Below are positions 13,191 through 27,052 of a stretch of 64,000 bases of DNA, one piece after another (position 1 is the first letter of the stretch; each line of letters opens with the position of its first letter). The stretch spans positions 69,440,001 through 69,504,000 of the forward strand of contig OX597833.1 in the NCBI GenBank assembly GCA_951406725.2, written 5' to 3'. The DNA comes from Octopus vulgaris (taxonomy: Eukaryota). A model generated the notes under the pieces. That model worked only from the letters and a program-made list of their open reading frames with translations. It was not told where the DNA came from and ran no database searches. The position numbers and the translations under genes were made by a program.

Positions 13191-15842
13191 GCATTTCGGT
13201 TTCGAAGTATACTGCCCAGGTAGAGATTTCTAGCTCCACCACTCCGCAATTTGTTTCTGTCCGTTCATTTTTGCAGTCTGTTTCATCGGGTTTTATTTTT
13301 CGTGTCAGTGGTTTCAGGTTCTTCCTCGGCTTAGAAAAAATGAACCAGAAGAAGTGTATTTCTCATATTTGAAATTAATCCTATCAATAAGCGTTATCGT
13401 TCTTCGTGTTATAGTAAAATACCACAATAATTGGAGATTATTTTATCGAACTTGCGTAGGTTGACTCAATTGTCTATATGTAAATGTGTGCAGCTTTTAA
13501 TCATAAAATTAGGAGGTAATAGAAGCTTGTTTGAACGACTAAATTGTTTGTTATTTAGGTGTGATGGCAATATTTTGGTAATCATTTGTATTAAGATTTA
13601 CGTTAGAGAGACTAAAGTTTGTGATGGAAATGAATTACAATATGTGCAAATGAAAAATTGACAACTGAACGGAACGGAACGTACCAAAATCGTTTCTCTG
13701 TTATTTGTTACTGGTGGACAAATATAAACAATCAGTTAAATGGCATTAATCAAAAGAATAATGAACAGCTGGCAGTGATTCTGGTCGCAGAGATCTGAAT
13801 ATCATTTACAACACAATCGAACGCTTAAAGGGAAAAAAAATCGCCAAAACTCTAACCTGAATGTTACACACAGAAAATATTATTTTTTGAAAAGAATGTA
13901 AAATATTATACAGCTCGAATAAGAATATAAATCATTCGGACGTTTGACTGCTGTCATAATTGTGTAACGTAAATATAGTTAACACAATGGTACAATACAT
14001 CTCCCGAATATGGTGGGCAATTCACACGGCTAGTTTTATTTTGTAATATAATAGCTAGGTTATAAGAAATGCAAACAAACCCAACGTGGTGGTATTGCTT
14101 TTGAGAATCTTTTGTATACAACAATAGATCGCAGGTAACATATATCCAGCAGTAACTCACAAAATGTCAAGAGTGTATTTTATTTGGTCTTTGAGCGTTT
14201 AATAACGTACTAAAAGTATTTTAGTATTTTACTACGGAAGCCAGTAAGAGAAAGAAGACTAAATAACTTGGAACGGCAGAGAAATTACTTTCTTTCGACT
14301 GTGTAATACTCCATTACTGAATAATATGTGCTCGTAAACTATATTTTTGCATTGACGGCTAATGTTTATCCAAGCAACTGCACATTTCTTCATAACGAAA
14401 ACTACCATTCTTTGCAAATATGCTTTCCGTTCCCAAATATACTGTTTTATAGAATCCGGTTCATGTATATTGCAATTCAAATGATAATGGTAGCTAAATT
14501 CAGAAGGAATTACCATTTCTCGACTTAAATAAAGAAGAAAAAAAAATGACATCCGGAATCCGAGAAAACTGAACAAAGCCAACATTGGCAAAAATAACAA
14601 TAAAATCCAATCTAAGTTTCCGAATGTAAGTTCGGTTGCCATGACGAGTGAAATTTTCCAAGATTTTAGAAACGTCTTTTGAAAGGTGATACTTTTATAA
14701 CCCTTGAAACAACCTTGTGTAGCGAGAAATGGTAATTATCCATGGATTTTACAAATATTAGCATCTTGCCCTCATTAATCGGTTTTATTTCGTTCTCTAC
14801 TTTCAAATAATCAACGGCGGATTATAATAAATATTCATGACTTATATTTCCATATAGGGAGGACTTCGAGTAGTAACAGATAAACAGTATTATCCCCGAT
14901 ATAAGGCAAGGAGAATGACATTGATCAGGGAACCTGGTAGTAACGTTTGAACCGAAGACACACACTTGATGCAAAGAACTCATTTAAGGACATCCATTTA
15001 GAATACCAGTTACCACTTGCTTACTAAAAACATTTCTGTAATGAATTAGTCAAAACAGAAAGAAGTATGCAGGACCATTTTTAGAGCAGTTGGGAGGGAA
15101 AGAGTTATTTTCAGTCGCAGATATCTGAGTTAAATAAATGTAGCTCAGAGGAACCCGCCAAAATCTCTTGCCGGAGACGTGCTTCCGTTAAAATTTTCGA
15201 TAGAATGAATTTATTAACCTCAAACAAAATAGACTAATGGACGGGTCTCTATACACGTAATTTAGAAGAGAATTTCGTAACCCTTTACCCAAGCACTCAT
15301 CTAGTCATGCTGGCAGAAAATAAGACTGCACTTCATAGACGATGGTCCGGGATACGGAAATATTTGTTTAAACAATGTTATATCTATTTGCGCTTTCCTA
15401 GTTTACTTCTACACTGAAATCGTATTTTCGTTTGAACCAAGTGGCCAAACGATTAAGAAGCCCCTTCTGCAACCACAAGATACTTGGCTCGATTCCAGTA
15501 AGTTATTTTTTGCAGCATCGGGTCGGTCCATACCCTGCGTGAAATTGTAGTGAAAAACTAGAACACTTCCAAATGGATTGTAACCTGAATTATGATGATA
15601 CAGCTTTGTTACACATCATACTGAATCTGTCTCCTGAGAATGAAGATAACTTTACACGTGTCTGTGGAATAATTCAGCATTTCCTTGTTGATTCAGCACC
15701 TGGTAATTTGGTTGATCAAGCTACAGAGATCCACTCATTTGAAAATGAGTTGTAACACCGTGTTAGTATTCACTGTGTTTATTTTACAGAATTGGGCTTT
15801 CGTACATGAAGGATTTAAATTCTTATTGTTACTAAACATTAT

Positions 15843-16525
15843 GGCGGCGAGCTGGCAGTCTCTTTAGTAGGCCCGACAAAATGCTTAGGGGCATTTTGTT
15901 AGTCTTTACGTTCTGTGTTCAAATTTGTCGGAGGTTGACTTTGATTTTCATCATTTTGGGGTCGGTAAACAAAATACCAGTTATGCACTAGGGTCGTTGT
16001 AAGCGACTTACCCCTCCTCGCAAACTTCACGCCTTGTACCTATAGTAGAAAAGATTATTACTACACATTAGCGGGCAGCGAGCTACTGGCAGAACCGTTA
16101 GCACGGAAGACAACATACTTAGCAGTATTTCTTGCAGATTCCTTTTCCAAGTTCAAACTCCGGTATGAGGTCACCTTTAAATTTCGGAGTCGATAGAATA
16201 ACTACCAATCTAAGTACTAAGGTCAATGAAAATAATTAGTCCACTCCGCAAAAATTTCAGGTTTCACCCACGGTTATAGCTAAAAGGATTATTGCTATAT
16301 TCTGAGGCAGTGAGGTGGTGGAATCGTTATAACGTTTGAAACAAATTCCATGCGATATTTGTTCCGTTTTTTTCTCATATTGAGCGCGAAGTCCGTAGAG
16401 TATACCTGGAATTGTTATTCCTCCCGGGACGATAAATTAAGTAATGCCCTCAAGTGCTGAGGTTGGTGTAATCGATTAAACTGTTCTCTTCAAAATTGTT
16501 TTCCTGTTACCAATATTAGAAATTA
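15843..16525 (+). mobile_element. Three head-to-tail old SINE A-related copies with an alternative tail
   Basis: Heads at ~15843 (GGCGGCGAGCTGGCAG), ~16073 (GGCAGCGAGCT) and ~16306 (GGCAGTGAGGTGG). Each has a diverged GTCGATA...AAGTACC block and a CCTTGTRCC...AGAAA(A)-type tail. Confidence 0.7.
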
Positions 16526-16526
16526 A

Positions 16527-16914
16527 TGGAGGCGCAATGGCCCAGTGGTTAGGGCAGCGGACTCGCGGTCATTGGATCGCGGTTTCGATTCCCAGACCGG
16601 GCCTTGTGAGTGTTTATTGAGCGAAAACACCTAAAGCTCCACGAGGCTCCGGCAGAGGATGGTGGTGATCCCTGCTGTACTCTTTCACCACAACTTTCTC
16701 TCACTCTTACTTCCTGTTTCTGTTGTACCTGTATTTCAAGGGGCCGGCCTTGTCACTCTCTGTGTCACGCTGAATATCCCCGAGGACTACGTTAAGGGTA
16801 CACGTGTCTGTGGAGTGCTCAACCACTTACACGTTAATTTCACGAGCAGGCTGTTCCGTTGATTCGGATCAACCGGAACCCTCGTCGTCGTAACCGACGG
16901 AGTGCTTCCATTCC
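16527..16914 (+). mobile_element. tRNA-derived SINE, family C, full length with 11-bp TSD
   Basis: Head GGAGGCGCAATGGCCCAGTGGTTAGGGCAGCGGACTCGCGG with B box GGTTTCGATTCCC; tail ...ACCGACGGAGTGCTTCCATTCC. TSD ATTAGAAATTA at 16515-16525 and 16915-16925. Confidence 0.92.
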
Positions 16915-18460
16915 ATTAGAAATTACTATTGCTATACATTTTAAAACATAAATATAAGAAAATTTGGTTAAACTTCACATTCAGGAATTTAATGCGAAGT
17001 TGTTAATGATTGTCGACTCAATTGAATGGAAATCAGAGAGACCACATATCATTACGGTTGAACAAATTCCAGCACAGAATACTGCAACGCTATGAGGTTT
17101 GTGAGCTTCCTTAAACGACCAGTTGCATAAATCAATGTGAGATCATCACTCTGTCTAAACTGGTACCGGTTTTGCATAACAAAAACATAGTTGGTAGTAT
17201 TCAAGCAACAGGAACTTTTTCATGTTACTCACTGTTGTCTCTGCATTCAGGATACGAAAGTTGATATCACTGTTGATAAAACCATGGTATGATACAATAA
17301 TAGTTTGTTATGCTACATCTTTTAAGATTTATTATCCTGATAAATATATCTTTGCATATTAGAAAATAAAAATGCTAAAACGAATACATTGACAAAAATA
17401 CTTAAATTAAAGCGAGAGTAATATGTAAGAAAATTTAATTAACTTCGTTAATTAGAAATCGTTCTTAAGCAATGATAATTTTTTTTTATGCTCGACATAT
17501 GAAGATAAACTTTGAAGATGTAAATTTTTGCTCGGAATATTCTGGATAAAAGTACGCCATTAAGCGTTAATGTCATTTGAGATTCTAATTATGGCTTGAA
17601 TAAAAAAAGAAAACACAATAATGAACTAATTGTTATTTTGGTTTTTCTATCCTAAGAGTTCATAATTTAATTATGAAGATTTATATCAGTATTTAATTAT
17701 CTGACTTTTAATGAGATATTGAAATGCATGAGAAGATTCCATGAGTAATACTATTTAAGACGATTCGGCCGTTCAACGTTGATGAGTATGATATAGACTT
17801 CCACTGAGGCATCGTATCAACATCTGCTTGCAACAGGACATATCCTCATTATTCAAAAATATACTGAAGGAATGATATGATTGTCAATCTAATAATAGTC
17901 ATTTCGATTTTTTTACTATTATCATTGGGAGACTTATAATACATCTGATTCACTACAACTTGAGATATATATCTCACACACTAACTGTGCATATATGAAT
18001 TTCTTATAGAAATTCTCAATTTATTTTAGCTTTAAATATAAAGGATAGATGCAAATGATAGATGTTTTCCTTTCGGTAAACTATATATGAAAAATAAATT
18101 TATATTTTATCGTGTAATGAGATCCTATAAAATAATATAATGTAATACAATGTAAGAGAAAACTCACAGTTTCTATATTCTTCCAGAAAAGATATGATCA
18201 TTTTGTTGACATAAGCATTTGTTCAGCCAATTCCAAACAATGAAAGGTACTCGTGCAGTGACGATTGAACGACGTCCTCTCCTCTTCTCCGATATGGTAC
18301 ATTTATTACTACACTTGACAAGACCACAGAAATTGCAGGCAGGAAGCCATCGTGTGAGGAAAATTTGGGTACGGCTTTCAAATTTTTTCAACAAACCTCA
18401 ATCAACATTTAACATATGATTAAACACACATATGATTTATGATATATGTGAGTGTGTCTG

Positions 18461-18551
<91 letters not shown>

Positions 18552-18665
18552 CCATAAATACATACCTACATACATATATACTCATATGTACAGACATATA
18601 TATATATATTTAAATGTATAAACGTATATACATAAATGTGTATGCGCATACACACACACAGACAT

Positions 18666-18700
<35 letters not shown>

Positions 18701-18869
18701 CATTGGAGCTCAATTGCAGAAACATTCGTCCTAAACCAGGGCTTCCATGTTATGTTGGCAAACAATTTTTACTATAAAGAATTAGTGTTTAGTGATTTGC
18801 TGTCATCTGAGCTCTCATTGATCCAAGATTTATTTTTTGATGTTTGTAATTCAATTCTTTGCATGATGT

Positions 18870-19295
18870 TTATCATTTCGTTTATATGCTTCAGTCAGTT
18901 AGACTGCGGCCATGCTTGGGCACAACCTTGAAAACATTTTATGGAGGTAGTCAACATCGGTACTTTTTTTTCTCTAATTTGAAATATCATTCATCTTTTA
19001 TCGGTCTCTTTTGCCGAATCGCAACGTTAAGGGTAGAAACACTGACGGAAGCACACACGTACTCACACATCTCTATCTATCTATCGGTCTATCTATATAT
19101 GTGTGTGCGTGCTTAATTATACAATACATATTTACAACAGGCCGCTCTCAGTTTCCGTCAGTCAAATCCACTACATAAGACTTTGGCCCGCCCGAGGCCG
19201 TTGCAGAAGGCACTTGTCCAATTCGGCACGCAGTCAGACTGAACTAAAAAGCATACGCTCGGGAAGCAATCGTCTCACTCTGCAAGCAAGCCAAT
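18870..19295 (-). mobile_element. Diverged SINE B copy
   Basis: TTCAGTCAGTTAGACTGCGGCCATGCTTGGGCAC (tail) through CAGTTTCCGTC...CACTTGTCCAA (body), colinear with family B reverse complement. Confidence 0.8.
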
Positions 19296-19965
19296 AAATA
19301 TTTAAGTCTCAAGTTATATATCGAAGTTTATAAAAAAAAAAAAAGAGTTGTAATTATGAAGTTTATTTCACTTGGCAGACGTGTATCTCCATCAAACTAT
19401 AGTAAAATAAACACAGCAAAGCCAGCATCCAGCGACACTATATCCAAACTATACAATTGCGACGAGAACCGCTAAACCATTACGTCGCATTTAATATACG
19501 TAACATGTTTAACAATTTCGCTGTGGCACAAAACAGCTCAATAAACTATGGAATACACTTATAAAGACAAACTTGAATATCAATCACCTAATGAATAATT
19601 AATAGAGTACTCTGAAAAGAATATCCATTAAATGGTAAGTATCATACCGTTCTGTGATTCACACTGCGTTCTTCTTTCTCTAGAATAATAAAGAAAATGA
19701 TTTGCTTGTGTGTTTTTTTAGTGTGTGTTCGCCATTTATTTGTCTAGTGTTTGGTTTTTGTTTGTTTTTCCATATCAATTCATTCAGAAAATAAACTGGA
19801 ATAATTCTTACATTAAATATAGTTATAAAACACTATTATTTATGTATAAATACCTGACCGGAGGACAAAGCTTTTTATTACTGCTACTTGCCAATTTCGT
19901 CAAAACTGAACTTACAGCATCAATACAAAAGTCTCAATTTGTGTGTCACGATAAATATGTGTATC

Positions 19966-19967
<2 letters not shown>

Positions 19968-20021
<54 letters not shown>

Positions 20022-20133
20022 TAGGTGAGTGACCTATGTCTGTGTATGTGTGTCGGGAAGTGTGTGGTACGTACATATCATATACAAACGAGCACACAAG
20101 TATAAATATACTTATATACATAATTACAAAGAC

Positions 20134-20191
<58 letters not shown>

Positions 20192-20308
20192 CTATACATG
20201 CACACACACACACACACATATATAAATATACATATATACATATACATATATACATATATATTTAAGTATGAATATATATATATATCCATAATTATATATA
20301 TATTTACA

Positions 20309-20359
<51 letters not shown>

Positions 20360-20395
20360 TCACACAACAACACACACGCAAACAAACACACACAT

Positions 20396-20450
<55 letters not shown>

Positions 20451-20801
20451 ATATATATATACGTATTCTATATGCAAACGTCTACAAGAAAAACTGGAGT
20501 GTACGACACTTCAGTGTCTGTCCGTACGTTAGTGTTTGTGCGTGTGTGTTTGTGCATATGTGCTTGTGCATATGTGCATGTGTATGTCTGTGTCTACGTG
20601 TGTGTGTGTGTGTTTACAATGTTTCTTTTGGAAGACATTCTGCCATAAACCGATGGAAATTAGACCTAATCGAATAATATATTCTGTTATTTATTGTCTC
20701 TCAATAAACACAGCAGAAATATTTTTTGTGCGTCTGGCATCGTTTTCATATATATACATATATATGCATACATATATATATATGCATACATATATATATA
20801 T

Positions 20802-20849
<48 letters not shown>

Positions 20850-21080
20850 ATGTGTGTGTGTAAGTACATATGTGTTTATACCTACGTATGCATGTATGAA
20901 TACATGTGCGTTTATATATACGCATGTATTTTAGAGTAAGTATATATAGACATTTATGCACACAAACAAACATACACTACACTCACAATGACGTGTTTAT
21001 GTACACATAGTTTTCTTTTATATACTATCGTTTATATTTCATTCGATGGCAAAAACAAGAAACAAGATCTCGAAATACCG

Positions 21081-21126
<46 letters not shown>

Positions 21127-21200
21127 TGTGAATGTATGTGTGTGTGTCTGTGTGCAGATAGATAAATATAGATACAGATATAGATAAAGATATATACATT

Positions 21201-21237
<37 letters not shown>

Positions 21238-21491
21238 TTACATATACACACACACATATACATTAACAGAGACACAACGTATCTATCTATATATATATAC
21301 ATACACACGTACACGCATATATATATATATATACTTACATACTTAAATGCATATACGTGTATATATAGGTGTGTGTATATATATGCATATATATATATAA
21401 ATGTATATATATATATATGTCTATATATCTATCTATGTATATATATGTATATATGCGTGTGTAAAATATATATATATAAATCTTTATATAT

Positions 21492-21538
<47 letters not shown>

Positions 21539-21545
21539 TATATAC

Positions 21546-21616
<71 letters not shown>

Positions 21617-21640
21617 TGTATACGTATATATATATATATC
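19968..21640. repeat. Compound (TG)n/(TA)n/(CA)n low-complexity block
   Basis: Direct read; source of the YI/CV/HT pseudo-ORFs. Confidence 0.9.
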
Positions 21641-22189
21641 AATGTGTTTTTAATATCTGTCTCACCTATAGCTTCTTTGCATAAATCTATGACAACCTAT
21701 TTCACCAAAGCGCTTGCGTGGGTTGAGGAAAAATCATGTTTCTTTTTTGCAAACATAGAATTACTCTGTTACCGCTAATGTACTATAGAACACACTCACA
21801 CACACACGCATACACACACACTCACACTTACACATATAGCTGCGTTTGTTCGTTTGCTTGTTTGTGGCCAACACCCTGGGTTACAGCATCTGTCTATTAT
21901 GTGTGCACATATGTGTGTATTGGATTTGTTTACAATTGTTATAAAACAGTTTTAGCTGACAAAAAAATAAATCTATAGATATATTCTGTGGCATGATACA
22001 GCAAAGAAACAGCAGGCTGTTAAAAAAAAATTATCAGTAATTTAATATATATTATTTGTACACTATATTTAAAAGACATTCTACACGGTGATATATGAGT
22101 GTATATATATTGAATCTTCGTTTGAAATCTATCCTACTTTTTTGTTTCGATTCATAAAAGAGGAAAAAATTGTTATTTCCCCATTTTAC

Positions 22190-22415
22190 GTCAGCGAGCT
22201 AGCAAATTCATTAGTACGGGACAAAATGCTTAGCGGTGGTTTCATCCGTTTCACCCGTATCTCCGTTCTGAATTCAAATTCCGCCGAGGTCGAGTTTGCA
22301 TTTCATCCATTCGGCGTCGATAAAATAAACACTGGTTGAGCACTTGTGTTGATGTAATTGCCTTAACCCCAATCCGTAAACGTGTTGGCCTTATGTCAAA
22401 ATCTGAGACCGTTAT
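22190..22415 (+). mobile_element. Diverged SINE A-related copy (alternative tail)
   Basis: CAGCGAGCTAGCA...AAAATGCTTAGCGG...TTCAAATTCCGCCGAGGTCGAG...GGCCTTATGTCAAAATCTGAGACC. Confidence 0.75.
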
Positions 22416-23210
22416 TACCCCCACCCCACCCATTTTCTGTGTTATTCGATTTCTGTTTTATATACAGGTTGGTGTAGACGAGGACGATCAACATATGTGC
22501 TGGAACAAAATTTGCATAGTAAGGGAGAACCTATCTATTGAGGAGTATTATCAAAGAGCTTTCATTGCCCAACAAAATTTCGAGTGGTGCGCTGGCACAA
22601 CACACTGCACTCCCTATTCCCGTGCCTATATTAATCAGCTTCCATGACTGTTTTGTAGGGTCTCGAAGCACTTAATAGAGAAAGCAAAGTATTAAACTCA
22701 GACTGGAGGCAATGCAAGAAGCTGCTTTCAAAGTAGTGTTTTCGGTAAAAGAACCGGGTGTAAATTCGTAGAAATTTTGTCAGCCAAATTCCATTAGAAC
22801 AGTTGAGTGGGTTCATGAGAAGTGTTAGGGGAGATGTTTCTAAGGTCTTGTTCACGAATGCTGAATGCAAAAGCCGCATAGTTGGAAACCGACTTGTTTT
22901 GCTACACAGCCTCTGAGTTACAAAGAAGTCAAGAAAGAACAAGGCAAGGATGGGTGACGAATTAGAAGCAGTAAGGAGAAAGGAAGTGTGTAGAAAAGCA
23001 GGTGAGATAAACTGAGAGACAAAAATGCAAATGGAGAACAAATGAGTGATATTGAGAAAAATGTGAATATTGAATTACATAATTGAATTTAAGGGTTCGC
23101 TTTAATCGCTTTAGAATTATGACTCCCAAACTACCTTAACCAAGGTAATAAAGCTGACAACTTCAAGAGATACTCTTTCGCATAGCACGCGTCTTATGTG
23201 TGTCAGTTGG

Positions 23211-23266
<56 letters not shown>

Positions 23267-24169
23267 ACCTACGTCTGCTGTTGGGTTTGGGTTAAGTTTC
23301 TTGATCAGCCTCATGCAGCCCCTATTAAAGATGGTGTATGATCAAATGTATAACCATCTAGGAATTCGTGATCGGATTTGAGTAATATATCTCTTTGTTT
23401 TTTAGCTTATGTAAGTCGGAGGTGGAGAGAAATTTTAGAGAGTCTGAGTCGCTGTTTCTTATTAGTTGTGACGATTCTTGATAGTCCGGTTCTGATTGAG
23501 AAACGATCTGTCTGAAGAAAGAATGTAATGGAAACGTTGCTAAGCGTTTTGCCAGCTCATCGCTTTAGAGAAATATATAATATGGAGTAGTGGACAACAT
23601 TACTGAATTCCATAATGAAATAAGTCAAATAAATAATGATCTAAAATGCGTAATACTTGAAGATTAATTATACCCGTAATGGTAAAAAAAAAAAATTAGC
23701 TTAATGGTTATTTTTTACAAAACGCCATGGGAGAAAGTAATTTAAGTAATAAAATACATACTGTGTGCTATGCAGTGTAATGTGGTTTTGATGAAAGCCG
23801 GACGGAGATAAATCAAGTCTTGTTTCAGTGTTATTAGATCTCCTCAGGGATTTATACTTTTCACTGTTGGTATTAACATGCCTACATGTCTTCATTTTAT
23901 ATTCTTTGCGAGAATGAATGGCAACGAGCTGCCAGACACTTTAGAAAGTGCGGAAAATATGTTTTGTAATGTTTCATAAAGTTTTTGATGAGGCCAGCTC
24001 TGTTTTCATTTCTCCGGGATCGAGTGAATAACTTAGTAGTTAATTTCTGCAGTCCATGGTATTTCAAAGTAGGTTGGCAGTACGGCACCATTGTTGGTGC
24101 GCCGATCAAAACTCATACGATATTTAACCCGCCTCTTTTCACTGTGAGGCCAACCTTGACATTCATTCC

Positions 24170-24819
24170 CCCTCACTGCACTGTTTTAGCGACGGAAGAT
24201 AAAATTGACCTCTCCGCGTTTTGAAACCAAAACCTAATGAGCCGGGAGAAATATCATATGGCATTTTGTCCGATTCTTTATCGAATGTGCCAATAAATAA
24301 TCAACCCTACTGAAATTTGGGGAGAGGGGTAGGGCTAGTCGATTACATAATGAAATAAGTGCTGAAATCCTACTTATTTCATCGACCCCGAAATTTGACC
24401 TGAAATACCTGTAAATATTTCGCCCGGCGTGCTAACGATTCTGCCAGATCACCAGATTGATTCTGCTGTTAATAAATATTAGCAATAACAATTCTGATTT
24501 CAATTTTTGACACAAAGCCAGTAATTCGGGGGCAAGAGGTAAGTCGATTACATCGATCCCATACTTCAATCGGTATTTATTTTATCCACCTCGATATGGA
24601 GGAAAAACGGGCGAAATACCAGAGAGGACAAACAAGGACAGACAAACGGATTAAGTCGATTTTTTCGACTCCAGTGCGTAACTGGTACTTATTTAATCGA
24701 CCCTGAAAAGATGAAAAGCAAAGTCGTCCTCGGCGGAGTTTGAACTCAGAACGAAACGGCAGACGAAATACGGCTACGCACTTCGTCCGGCGTGTTAACG
24801 ATTCTGCCAGCTCGCCGCC
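24170..24819 (-). mobile_element. Cluster of nested or fragmented SINE A copies; youngest at 24620-24819
   Basis: Near-consensus A (minus strand) at 24620-24819; older fragments at ~24180-24295, ~24310-24450 and ~24500-24600. Confidence 0.8.
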
Positions 24820-25866
24820 TTCATTCTGCTGTTAATGAATAATAGAACCAATCTTATTCTCTTTTTGTTATTAATAATAATGTTAATGATGGCGGCTTTA
24901 ACCGCGATAACCATCACAAAGGTGGTGAACACCTCCTCCTCCTCCTCCTCGTCATCATTTTCATCGTCATCGTCGTCTTTGTAACTTTATTATCACCAGT
25001 ATGATGACAGTTATCAAAACACTAAATCATGAAATTTAAAAAAAATAAATACTCGTTATTTGCATAGTATGATATTCTATTGGTGGAACTCCGCGGTGCT
25101 TCACCGCAAATTACAAGAGTTTTTAATTATTACATTTTATATTCGTGAAATTGTTTAGTGTTCCCATGCCCTTACCTGTTCTTCAATGGGATCTCTTGAT
25201 ATTGAAACAAAAGAAAACCAAAAAAGAGCAACCATGACATTGCTACTGGTATCATCATCAACATCACCACCACCGCCAGCAGCAGTTTTATCATTTCTTC
25301 ATCATAAATATTTTTTTTTATTTACTCCTAAGAAGTACGATTTGACTTCGGTCACCATTAGTTTATAATTTATAGAAATCTTAAATAGTAATTTAATTTT
25401 AATTCCTTCGATTTTAATGCCATTGCAATAGTTTGTCGTGTGAGGACTAAAGTTCAATTATTCTCTTTCGTTTTTTATTTTATTTTTGTTATATAATTTT
25501 TAAACTTGTAACTTTAAAAGGAATCTGTACGCTATGTATTCTATGGCTGTCGTCTTTTACATGTAAATTCGTATTTTATTTTTCAATTTTTTTGTCTTTC
25601 TTAAATTATTTTTTAATTGAACATTGTAAATTATAATACAGGGTGTGAAACGAATTTATCGAGAGATTTATACATTTGGGAATTTTAAGAGTTTCAAAAA
25701 TAAAAAAGTTGAAGACAATTACCAACAATAACATATGTGAATTATAATTTAATTTAATTTTAAACTGTCGTGTTTTCATAAAGATATATATAAATATGTA
25801 CACATGCCAAAAAACACACACATATATATGTGTGTGTTTATATATATATACATATACATATACATA

Positions 25867-25928
<62 letters not shown>

Positions 25929-26755
25929 TATATATACATGCATGTACTTATGCTTTACAGTATTGACATTAGAATTTGAATTGCAGATCTATTAATATTT
26001 GTTTCATTCGAAAGTTTATCGACATATTGTATGTTTTTGTTTGTTTTCTTTGTTTTTTAATTCCGTTATTCAATATTCTCTTCGCTACCATTATTTTTCC
26101 CCCAAACGTTCTCAAGAACTTTTGGCAGGAAATTAATCAATATACCATTTACTAAGTCTCTCTAGGACTATCGATTCCACTGTAACACGTTCTTCGATAA
26201 AATGAAATGAATGAACACTGTATCAAATGCCGACCACTGGGGATACTGTAATACCATTGTCAACTAATTATTCATAAAGTTATGAAATAATTAAAATGCA
26301 AAACAAGTAATGACTTTCGCTACACAACCACCACCATACTAATTAGGTCTTTTCTGACGAGGATCTCTATTCCCCGATTAACAAACGACCAAATGGTCTA
26401 TTGCTAATTGCGGTAGACAACGCCAGGATAATAGCAACAAAGTTTGTTAAGTAGGAACAAAGATATATTGGAATAGATCCCGCTAAAATCATGATTTACT
26501 CGTCACATAACCTATCAACATTATCGACATTTCACTTCTTGAAATCACCTTTTCGAAGCTTCAACTTTTGCAACAAATCATTGTTTCGAAAACCGAAAGC
26601 TGAAATCGAGAAACTTATAATGGTATGTGAGAACAGTTAAAGCTACGATCACAACCTCTTAATTGCGACAAACAAAGATTATGTTATCCTTATTGTTCAA
26701 ACATCAAGTCAACACACAGCAGTTAACTTTATTAGGGTCAGAAACCTATCAGTGT

Positions 26756-27052
26756 TGTTCCTTCTCGAGCTACGTCTGGCTCATAAGGGCCGGTTTCCCG
26801 GTTTCCTTGGCGTATAGGTTCCCCACCTGGACGGGACGCCGGTCCGTTGCAGGTGAGCTGCAAGATGCAGGATGAAAGAGCAAGAGAAAGTTGTGGCGAA
26901 AGAGTCAGCAGGAATTCATCATTACCTTCTGCTGGAGCCGCGAGGAGCTTAGGTGTTTCACTGATAAACACACATCGCCCGCTCTGAGATTCGAAACCGC
27001 GGTCCCTCGGCCGCGAGTCCGCTGCTCTAACCACAAGGCCATGTGCCTCCAT
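26756..27052 (-). mobile_element. tRNA-derived SINE, family E (C-type head, different tail), 14-bp TSD
   Basis: Reverse complement begins TGGAGGCACATGGCCTTGTGGTTAGAGCAGCGGACTCGCGG like family C and ends ...CCCTTATGAGCCAGACGTAGCTCGAGAAGGAACAAC. TSD AAAC(C/T)TATCAGTGT at 26742-26755 and 27053-27066. Confidence 0.88.

Noticed and set aside
16527-16600. tRNA gene-like sequence (also the heads of SINEs B, D and E)
   Set aside because: A and B boxes are present, but each continues into a SINE body, most with a TSD; these are tRNA-derived heads, not tRNA genes.
18165-18419. Strong + strand acceptor (TTTCTATATTCTTCCAG) and a 66-aa ORF
   Set aside because: All three frames after the acceptor stop within ~55 nt and the peptide is unrecognisable; it could only be a UTR or terminal exon, and nothing supports that.
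22480-23050. Possible LINE relic (SSG...AYINQLP resembling SGVPQG...YINDLP)
   Set aside because: Only one weak motif; too decayed to call.
25176-25194. Minus-strand microexon candidate (pyrimidine tract, AAG|AGATCCCATTGAAGAACAG|GTAAGG)
   Set aside because: It would be 17 or 19 nt, not frame-preserving, with a weak acceptor; cannot be supported without RNA data.
26100-26640. Possible minus-strand LINE RT relic
   Set aside because: Faint resemblance (VFETMI) without the diagnostic catalytic motifs.
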